A stretch of DNA of 15,745 nucleotides from Candidatus Thorarchaeota archaeon (GCA_016839445.1 JAEOUG010000174.1:1-15745), one strand, 5' to 3'; shown: positions 9,211-15,745, numbered from the stretch's first letter. Notes: generated by a model not told the origin, from the letters alone. Numbers and translations: made by a program.

Positions 9211-9255
9211 ATTTCATATTACTGAAATCCATATAAATTTCACGATTCTGAAATT
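9211..9255 (-). promoter_or_regulatory. Archaeal promoter (TATA box) flanked by two palindromic operators ATTTCA-N6-TGAAAT
   Basis: ATTTCA-TATTAC-TGAAAT at 9211-9228 and AATTTCA-CGATTC-TGAAATT at 9236-9255. Minus-strand TTTATATG at 9237-9230 is preceded by GTGAAA (BRE position) and ends 33 nt upstream of the regulator start. Confidence 0.8.
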
Positions 9256-9317
9256 CATCCGGGCACATCTTCGCCAGCTTTATAGCCCCTCAGAAGAAGG
9301 GCATGTTGGAGTGAGCG

Positions 9318-9839
9318 GTGAGCCGGAAATCGACCTCAGAACCCATCAGAGTCTTAGTGGATGCCTCAAAGGCCTCCAAGTGTGACTGGTGTGGTACGTT
9401 TGAGAGCTACAGCTGGCAGAGGACAAACTACGGGGGGTCTTTCTGCAGTTGGCAATGCAAGACCGCCTTCGAAAGAGACAGGGGAAAGAACCTGGGTGCG
9501 TGTCTGCTTTTCATTGGGCTGCCTCTTGCCTTGGTCCTGATGACGAATCCAGAAACATTCGCCGGAGGGGTCGGACTTGCCTGGATCGCTGCTGCAGGTG
9601 GGCTACCCCTCGCATATGTCTACATCGCTGGGGGAAGAGCCCGCAAGAAGGTACCCAAGGGATCCCAGAGACCAGGGCAGCAGTCCGAATACGCTCTCAT
9701 GAGATCAATGTCTGGCCCAATGAAGTGTCCTAACTGCGACGGCAACATTGACCTCTCTGCGGTCAGCCCTGACATGGTCTATCACTGTGGCTACTGCGGC
9801 GCTTCGGGCCGGGTCCAAATGATCTATCGAGGGACCTAG
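9318..9839 (+). CDS. Membrane protein with two zinc-binding domains (N-terminal CxxC...FCSxxC, two TM helices, C-terminal CxxC...CxxC ribbon)
   Basis: CDWC...FCSWQC; two hydrophobic helices; CPNC...CGYC. TTTATA at 9279-9284 upstream. Its stop shares CTAG (9836-9839) with the convergent gene. Confidence 0.82.
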   Translation: MSRKSTSEPIRVLVDASKASKCDWCGTFESYSWQRTNYGGSFCSWQCKTAFERDRGKNLGACLLFIGLPLALVLMTNPETFAGGVGLAWIAAAGGLPLAYVYIAGGRARKKVPKGSQRPGQQSEYALMRSMSGPMKCPNCDGNIDLSAVSPDMVYHCGYCGASGRVQMIYRGT

Positions 9840-11527
9840 TCAAGCTCTGCCTTCTTGGACTCCAGAATCTGCGTAATCTCGCTTCGGATAGACCGACACA
9901 GGACTTGGGCCAATTCGACTTTCTCAGGAGTTGCGGGCCTGCTTGTGACCTCAAGGAACTTGCTGGCCAAGACCTGACTGAGCTCTGCTTCAATGGGCCC
10001 TATCTGGGATGGTGGTGCAATGCCGGGCCCAATCTGACGCTTGAGCTGCATCATAAGGTCCTGAATCTTCAGCAGGGAGGATCGTACCTCTCTCTTGTTG
10101 TGTGCCTCAGTATCCCATTCGTCAAGGGCATGACCAACCTCGTCTTCGAGCTTCGACTCTTGACTGGCAACGGCCTTCATGGTCGCTTCAATAGCCGGAG
10201 ATATCAGCTCACGTGCATACTCCTTCTTGTCTGACTCTCTCTTGCGCTTGATAGTCTCAGCCAAGGTGTCATCTCCTAGGATACGATCGATGGCATCAAT
10301 CAAGTCGTTTACAGCCTTGATTCGGGCCTTGGCGGCCTCAAGCTCTCCAGCCTCGACCTCATGTCGGCTCTTCTTTACCGAGTCAGATAGACCGTCGACC
10401 ACGCGAATGAGTGGCTCGGGCTCCAACGGGGTGTCTTCGATTGAGGACTTCAGGAGGCCAAAGCGTCCATCTGTCACATCTGCGTCATGCAGGAGCTTCT
10501 CTCCCTCCTTGTAGTCCTTCAGTAGAATCGCTGCCGGACCAGCCTGGAGGCTGTACTCCGTCTTCAACTTGTCAGAGTAGGAACCTCTGACGACAACGGC
10601 GTACTCCTTCTTCCCCACAAGCTCCTCGGTTGCTTTGACCACGACTGCAATGTCCAGTGAATCGCCACCAGCTAGCATAGGGATGGACTTGGCTCGTTCA
10701 CCAGAGGAGAAGCCGAGGCCTTCGTCAAAGCTCCATTCGAATCGTAGATTCAGTGCTTCACCCTCACCTGTATTCTTGACGATCAATCGAACAGGGAACT
10801 CCTCGCTGAAAGTGAGGTCGACCGGAATCATGAGCTGAGTGTTGATCTTCGGAACCTTGAGCTTACCACGGAGTATCTCGCGAACCATATCGAGACCGCG
10901 GTCTACATACCTGCTGAACTCTTGGCTACCTGCGCTGGCGAGAGACGCCTTCAACTCTGTGACTACTGCGTTCTCTGCAGCAGCGAAGGAGTCGAGGCTC
11001 ATGGACTGAATCGAGGTCTCCAGCATCTGGGGGATCTGACTCAAGCGTACAGTGGCAGGAAGTCTGATTTTGGAAGCATGCTCCGCGTTGAAGCCCCTCG
11101 CGCGGTAGAAGCCATCTGCCTCCTTGCCGACCATGATGTAGATCATGCTGGCTGCGACTGCAATAGCAATGCCCTTGCTCGTCTCGGCGTCCTCGCCCCA
11201 CATGAGGTGCTCGGCAGCGGCAGAGAATAGGTCATCTGCAGCAGACTGATAGGCCTGGACTGCTCGCGATGCATCTGCCATATCGGAGTAGACGTCACCA
11301 GCCTTGCACATGAACAGAGCCGACTTCTTGTAGCTCTTCGAACTACGGTACTCGAAAGCAGAGTTGACGAAAGCCTCAGCAGCGAGATCGTACTCTCGTT
11401 CCGCAGTGGTCATGTCCCCATTCTGTTCAGCGGTTGCAGCGGCTTCAATGTGTTTCCTACCCGCCGACTGGCGAATGGCGTCTCTCTGTGACTCCTCAAT
11501 CCATCTCTTGGCTCTCTCATCCGACAT
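9836..11527 (-). CDS. Hypothetical multidomain protein: TPR/SNAP-like helical N-terminus, CARDB/Ig-like domain, C-terminal coiled coil
   Basis: 563-aa ORF with GGAG 9 nt upstream of the ATG. Ala/Tyr-rich helical repeats in aa 20-150; V.L.VKNTGEGEALNL...L.GG.S...V...Y.D beta-sandwich pattern in aa about 225-338; E/K/A-rich helical tail. No signal peptide or clear TM anchor. Confidence 0.88.
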   Translation of the reverse strand: MSDERAKRWIEESQRDAIRQSAGRKHIEAAATAEQNGDMTTAEREYDLAAEAFVNSAFEYRSSKSYKKSALFMCKAGDVYSDMADASRAVQAYQSAADDLFSAAAEHLMWGEDAETSKGIAIAVAASMIYIMVGKEADGFYRARGFNAEHASKIRLPATVRLSQIPQMLETSIQSMSLDSFAAAENAVVTELKASLASAGSQEFSRYVDRGLDMVREILRGKLKVPKINTQLMIPVDLTFSEEFPVRLIVKNTGEGEALNLRFEWSFDEGLGFSSGERAKSIPMLAGGDSLDIAVVVKATEELVGKKEYAVVVRGSYSDKLKTEYSLQAGPAAILLKDYKEGEKLLHDADVTDGRFGLLKSSIEDTPLEPEPLIRVVDGLSDSVKKSRHEVEAGELEAAKARIKAVNDLIDAIDRILGDDTLAETIKRKRESDKKEYARELISPAIEATMKAVASQESKLEDEVGHALDEWDTEAHNKREVRSSLLKIQDLMMQLKRQIGPGIAPPSQIGPIEAELSQVLASKFLEVTSRPATPEKVELAQVLCRSIRSEITQILESKKAELD

Positions 11528-11607
11528 CTGAATAGACTCCTACACGGACTTCTCTTGGCTGGTAGCTCGTCCTTATCGTGTTTTCGGCAAGCGAATCTCA
11601 AATCAAC

Positions 11608-11901
11608 TCAATAGACTTCTCTTGGCGAGTGCTTCAGACGATCCGGGAGGCCTCCACCGTGACCTTCAATCACTAGCTCGAAGCCTCTGCCGATCCGAGG
11701 CCCGGCGGATGTCTGAAAGCCCACCTTCTCAATCCCACGAGCATTGCGCTCAGCCGCACGACGCTCAATCATGCTGGTTCCCGTAGGAACCGTAAGTATC
11801 AGACGCTTCTGAGCCTCATCGACAGTCAAAGTGATGCTTGTCTGAGGCGTCCCAGAAACCTCATGGAACTGGCTGTTCCTATACTCAAGTGTCTTCTTCA
11901 T
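11608..11901 (-). CDS. Small hypothetical protein, possibly a divergent single gelsolin-like domain
   Basis: 97-aa ORF with ATG start and GGTG upstream, co-oriented with and 80 nt upstream of the 563-aa gene. Strand-strand-helix pattern ITLTVDEAQKRLILTVPTGTSMIERRAAERNARGI. Confidence 0.72.
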   Translation of the reverse strand: MKKTLEYRNSQFHEVSGTPQTSITLTVDEAQKRLILTVPTGTSMIERRAAERNARGIEKVGFQTSAGPRIGRGFELVIEGHGGGLPDRLKHSPREVY

Positions 11902-12125
11902 CGAACTGTTACACCATCCCTACGTCAGTTCTGGATTCACCCTAGCTCGGGCACATATTAGGATTAGTGCGACGAAAGGTTCCATGACAGAACCTAGGAG
12001 ATTGTGAATCCGAGAGGCATATATGAACCTGTGAACACAGAGGGTCCTGCTCAAGGGAGCCCGTCCAGACTGCATCTAGGGACCCACCTAGGTAGTCGGA
12101 TGAGACCATTCGCGTGGTTCGCAAG

Positions 12126-13538
12126 ATGCACGAATACGACATTGTCATAGTCGGTGCTGGGCCAGGAGGCTCTACCGCTGCAAAAGAGGCCGCAGAGAAG
12201 GGGCTGAAGACTGTCTTCTTCGAGCGGGGTAGGAAGCCAGGAGAGAAGAACTCCTCAGGAAGCGGGCTTGGACCCCGGCTTTGGAGAGAGTTCGATTTCA
12301 TGAGGGATCTCACGCCCGAAGTATGCCCCTCAATGAGGGCGGGGGCTGCTGCACGGAACTACTTCGTTGACAGCGACGGCGAGGTCTCTGGCTACATCAT
12401 GACGAAGCCCACTGACTCTGTAACCTATGAACCTGCTAGGAGCTGGATCACAATGAACTGCTATCGCAGCGAGTTTGATCCTTGGCTTGCTGGACTTGCT
12501 GTCGACGCAGGAGCAGAACTCAGAACCTCCACGCTCGTCACTGGTCTGCTGAAGGAAGACGGGAAGATTGTTGGAGTCATCGACGAGAGGGGAGAGAAAT
12601 ACAAGGGCTTTGTCATTGGGGCGGATGGAGTAGTTTCGATGGTTGCACGACAGTCGGGACTAAGACACAGATGGGAGCAGCGACAAGTGACCATTGTCCC
12701 GCAGTATGACTTCGAGTGTTCCCCCTCCAAGATTGACGACATAATGGGTGATGAGGCCCTGGCAGTCTGGTGGTCTGCGACGTTTCCTGCCGCGTATCAG
12801 GCCTTCTTCAACGACGGATTTCATATCGGGCTGGGCAACTGGATGACCTGGTGGGACAAGAATCCAGTCCACTATCTCAACAAGGTAGTCAATCTGAAGT
12901 ACTTCCAGCGTCTGGTGAGAGTACTGGACGCAAAGCCCAGGGAGTTCCAAGCACACCTCTTGCCATGGCAAGGTTCTCCTCACGATACTCACACTGACAA
13001 CGTCATCCTGATTGGTGACGCAGGTGGATTCCCATGCCCGCTTGAGGCCGAGGGAATGTACCCCGCCATGGTGACTGCAAGGGCCGCAGTCGAGACAGCT
13101 GCAGAAGCGCTTGCTGAAGGCGACACATCGAAGGAATCCCTATCGATATATGACGAGAAATGGATGGCCACTTCTGTTGGCGAAGACTTCAAGGCAGGAC
13201 CCGAGCTAGAGCACATTTGGCGAGCGCTTCCTTTCAGTCCAAGGAAGACAATGTCATGGTTCGTACCCATGTTCACGGAAATAACTGGAGGAATCATGGA
13301 TTGGTCCGAGGCCCATCCAGTCAGAGTCAGGCAGGTTGCTCGTCGAATCAAGCAGTATCTCCCCCAGGCGGTTCCGTTCATCATGAAAGAGGTCCTTCCG
13401 CTGCTGAACGCGATTCTGGGAGAGGAGAAGATGGATCTCCTCACGAATCCTGAACGATTGCTCACCGAGCTGCCAGAGCTTGAGGAGGCAATCACCAATG
13501 CCTTCATGGATGACGACGAAGAGGAGGGAACAGAATGA
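12126..13538 (+). CDS. FAD-dependent oxidoreductase, FixC / geranylgeranyl reductase family (COG0644)
   Basis: YDIVIVGAGPGG; ERGRKPGEKNSSG (FixC-like); R.EFDPWLA..A..AGA; IGADG; EFQAHLLP; LIGDAGG..P..AEGM..AM. The ATG at 12126 is preferred over the GTG at 12114. Confidence 0.92.
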   Translation: MHEYDIVIVGAGPGGSTAAKEAAEKGLKTVFFERGRKPGEKNSSGSGLGPRLWREFDFMRDLTPEVCPSMRAGAAARNYFVDSDGEVSGYIMTKPTDSVTYEPARSWITMNCYRSEFDPWLAGLAVDAGAELRTSTLVTGLLKEDGKIVGVIDERGEKYKGFVIGADGVVSMVARQSGLRHRWEQRQVTIVPQYDFECSPSKIDDIMGDEALAVWWSATFPAAYQAFFNDGFHIGLGNWMTWWDKNPVHYLNKVVNLKYFQRLVRVLDAKPREFQAHLLPWQGSPHDTHTDNVILIGDAGGFPCPLEAEGMYPAMVTARAAVETAAEALAEGDTSKESLSIYDEKWMATSVGEDFKAGPELEHIWRALPFSPRKTMSWFVPMFTEITGGIMDWSEAHPVRVRQVARRIKQYLPQAVPFIMKEVLPLLNAILGEEKMDLLTNPERLLTELPELEEAITNAFMDDDEEEGTE

Positions 13539-13804
13539 AGATAGACCACAAGCAGCTCGTGACTAGAGTTGGGGACACCGGCGACTTCATCACCATTGAC
13601 CAAAGCAAGTGCACAGCCTGTGGGCGTTGTCTCGTCATCTGTGTGATGAATCTCTGGAAGAAGCGGGAAAACAGCGTATACATTGTGAGTGACTACAAGT
13701 CACACTGCATAGAGTGTGGGGCCTGCGCCCAAGTGTGTGAAAGCGACGCCATTCAGTTCTCTTATCCTGCGGGTGGAACTGGTGTAGTCTACGAGAAGGG
13801 CTAA
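13535..13804 (+). CDS. 2[4Fe-4S] ferredoxin, FixX-like
   Basis: CTACGRCLVIC and CIECGACAQVC; C-terminal YPAGGTGVVYEKG is the FixX-type tail. ATGA overlap with the upstream gene. Confidence 0.92.
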   Translation: MKIDHKQLVTRVGDTGDFITIDQSKCTACGRCLVICVMNLWKKRENSVYIVSDYKSHCIECGACAQVCESDAIQFSYPAGGTGVVYEKG

Positions 13805-13807
13805 TCT

Positions 13808-13850
13808 GAAAAGAAATAGGAGGGAGCCCCGGGACCGAAGTCCCGAGCTC
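13808..13850 (-). terminator. cUUCGg-capped hairpin followed by a U-rich tract, between convergent genes
   Basis: The minus strand reads GAGCTCGGGAC-TTCG-GTCCCGGGGCTC-CCTCC-TATTTCTTTT, starting 26 nt after the stop of 13877-14158. Confidence 0.7.
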
Positions 13851-13876
13851 GCTATTAGGTTGCAGTCTTGTAGGGA

Positions 13877-14158
13877 CTAGTCTGGTGGCGGTGGTGGAGG
13901 AGGAACATCATCCTGCCTCGTATCGACCTTGGTCAGGACCGAGTCGCGCTTCTTCTTAGTTAGGACGAAGCCCATTATGATGAAGATTAATCCCACTACG
14001 GCAACGACGGCGCCGATCAGGACAGTGTACCCGGGTATGAAATCATAAGCGGGATCGTACCCAGGGAGCAAAGCCAGAATGGCTCCGGCAATAACCATCA
14101 GTGCACCAAGACAGACAGGTCCTGAGCGCACGTATTCTCGCCAAGTTAAGTAGCTCAA
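13877..14158 (-). CDS. Small 2-TM membrane protein with a C-terminal polyproline tail
   Basis: 93 aa, TTG start with GGAG upstream; two hydrophobic helices, a KKKR stop-transfer segment, and the ending DDVPPPPPPPD. Confidence 0.8.
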   Translation of the reverse strand: MSYLTWREYVRSGPVCLGALMVIAGAILALLPGYDPAYDFIPGYTVLIGAVVAVVGLIFIIMGFVLTKKKRDSVLTKVDTRQDDVPPPPPPPD

Positions 14159-14253
14159 TTCGCTAGGCTCCTAATCGAGACTTTACCACGCTGTCTCGTC
14201 TGGTTGAAGAGGTTCGGCCCAAGCGATTTAAGATTATTGGGAATCTTGTGCCA

Positions 14254-15120
14254 TCAGATTTCAAATGACACAATACACCCCGTCGACGATGTATTGACCG
14301 AAATCTTGAGACCGGTTAGCTCAGACAGCTTCTTGGCGATAATCTCATGGAGGGCACAAGGATAGGCCGCTGGCACTCGGGAGAGCTTTGGGTCAATCTC
14401 TCTGCAAATGCGGAGAACGTCACAATTCTGCGTTTCGACGGTTGCTCTGTCGGTGCCGGTCTTTGGTAGTTGACTCTCGGCAGCGCAAGACTGAATGAGA
14501 GATCCGAATCCCCTTACTGCTGCGTACGGGTCAGTGGGGTCAGACCACCTCCGGATGAATTCGTCAGCAATCCGACCAAATATCGCCTCAAGATGACCTG
14601 AAGGTAGGGATGCGCCATAGGCCGATGCTTCTGCAATCATGATGGCATGGGCTTCCGCACTGGCTTTCCATGCATCTTCACCCACAACTCTGAGAAGTGG
14701 CGGAACCTCACCCAGCCTCATGTCGGGGAAGTCCTCAGATGATTCACCCGCAGGAAGTGCAACTCCAGAGTCCTCGCCAGTAGCCACACTGGCAGACACT
14801 GCCGGAGTTCCGTCATCATAGACGAGGTCGGGAACCTCGAAGTTGGGACAGACGCCAGAGGTCTGATAGCGCCTCGCAAACTGCATCAGTCGGCCCGCCA
14901 TCTGAGCCACAGCGTGTCTGCTGAGTCCCTCTACTCTGATATGGCCGTAGGCAACTCCAACCATGTTGTCAATCTCAAGACTTGGAATGGGCTTCTCTGC
15001 GATGATCTTCTTGCCCCTGACCACTCGCACTGCCCACTTCTCATTCAGTACGCCAGCCTGAGCGGCGTAGCTTGTGTTGGTAATCCCAACAAGAGGAGAG
15101 ATTGGATAGAAGTCCGACAT
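14254..15120 (-). CDS. Two-domain hypothetical protein with a Cys-containing V4R/MetOD1-like C-terminal domain
   Basis: 288-aa ORF with GGAG upstream. N-terminal domain of about 100 aa, acidic linker, then C-terminal VETQNC..L.IC...PCALHE.I...L...G..I.V.....GC.V.F. Confidence 0.8.
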   Translation of the reverse strand: MSDFYPISPLVGITNTSYAAQAGVLNEKWAVRVVRGKKIIAEKPIPSLEIDNMVGVAYGHIRVEGLSRHAVAQMAGRLMQFARRYQTSGVCPNFEVPDLVYDDGTPAVSASVATGEDSGVALPAGESSEDFPDMRLGEVPPLLRVVGEDAWKASAEAHAIMIAEASAYGASLPSGHLEAIFGRIADEFIRRWSDPTDPYAAVRGFGSLIQSCAAESQLPKTGTDRATVETQNCDVLRICREIDPKLSRVPAAYPCALHEIIAKKLSELTGLKISVNTSSTGCIVSFEI

Positions 15121-15200
15121 CGTCTGATCTCCGGTTCGCCAGTCTAGAGTCGACCTGAGCTGTCGGCATTCAAAAGAGTATCGTGGTTGTACTTTGCAGC

Positions 15201-15745
15201 CTAGAGGGTACCTTCTGATGTCCCGAAAGTCACTCTCAGGGTGATTATGGAATGGGCGTCGACAGGGACTTCAACAGAATTGCTGTCTGATTTGATCTCA
15301 CCGATATCTCTGTCGAGCAGGTCAGTTAGCTCTACCCGTTCTACTCGACGAGCGAACCGGAGCGAGGAAGTGCCTGATGCACCTTTTGGCTCGAATAGCC
15401 GAACCATGATCTGTTCGGCTCTGTCTGTCGGCCTCACAGACGAGAGGACCAAGTCAACACCTTCAATCTCAATCGAGGGACTCTCGGGGCTGAGCGTCCC
15501 TCCTTGGCCGTCGAGCGGATAGGAAATCAGCGGGAGCCTGTGCTCCATTGAGACACGCCACACATTTGCATCACTCCACGAGCCGCTGTGCGAGTGAAGC
15601 GTGTACCTGTAGTGATGCGGCCCCGTGTCTCGTGCAGTTCGAGTTTCCAGAATGTCGTCATCCAGTCCATGTGAAAGGTACTCCACACTCCTCAGGATTG
15701 TGGCTGAGAGGTTGCCGTCCTGGAATCCGAACTCATGGAGTCCTG
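15201..15745 (-). CDS. C-terminal part of a GH38 alpha-mannosidase (5'-truncated by the window)
   Basis: The frame is open to the window edge: GLHEF...LSATILRSVEYLS...G.HHYRYTL..H...VLSSVR...IMVRLFE..G...VELTDLLD...SIITLRV matches GH38 C-terminal beta domains. Confidence 0.88.
   Translation of the reverse strand, partial: GLHEFGFQDGNLSATILRSVEYLSHGLDDDILETRTARDTGPHHYRYTLHSHSGSWSDANVWRVSMEHRLPLISYPLDGQGGTLSPESPSIEIEGVDLVLSSVRPTDRAEQIMVRLFEPKGASGTSSLRFARRVERVELTDLLDRDIGEIKSDSNSVEVPVDAHSIITLRVTFGTSEGTL

Noticed and set aside
11951-11995. GACGAAA between two stems, reminiscent of a hammerhead ribozyme
   Set aside because: The required CUGANGA core is absent.
12989-13603. 204-aa minus-strand ORF with poly-Ser
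   Set aside because: The Ser runs are just the reverse complement of Glu/Asp codons in the flavoprotein gene.
1-15745. CRISPR array, tRNA/rRNA, selenocysteine or pyrrolysine readthrough, defence genes
   Set aside because: No regularly spaced repeats, cloverleaf structures, interrupted conserved ORFs or nuclease/ATPase motifs were seen.

Overview
Gene-dense window of about 53% GC with 16 supportable CDSs, two of them cut by the window edges. No rRNA, tRNA, CRISPR array or transposase was seen. Archaeal-type TATA boxes, short GGAG/GGTG ribosome-binding motifs and the gene content suggest an archaeon, most likely Asgard (Thorarchaeota-like); this is inference, not a database result. Recognisable enzymes: HIT hydrolase, SAM methyltransferase, AlaA-type aminotransferase, phytoene-desaturase-like (COG1233) flavoprotein with a GbsR/MarR-type regulator, a FixC/GGR-family flavoprotein with a FixX-like ferredoxin, and the C-terminus of a GH38 alpha-mannosidase. 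The most interesting candidates are minus-strand hypotheticals with eukaryote-like features judged by eye: a 563-aa protein (SNAP/Sec17-like helical region, Ig/CARDB domain, coiled coil), a 97-aa possible gelsolin-like domain, a 2-TM protein ending in Pro7, and a V4R-like protein. Directly visible in the DNA or translation: twin ATTTCA-N6-TGAAAT palindromes flanking the regulator's TATA box, a surface protein whose FN3-like domain is split by a tandem domain pair, a 25/27-nt repeat marking a gene-end remnant, and two hairpin plus U-tract terminators, one with a cUUCGg loop.
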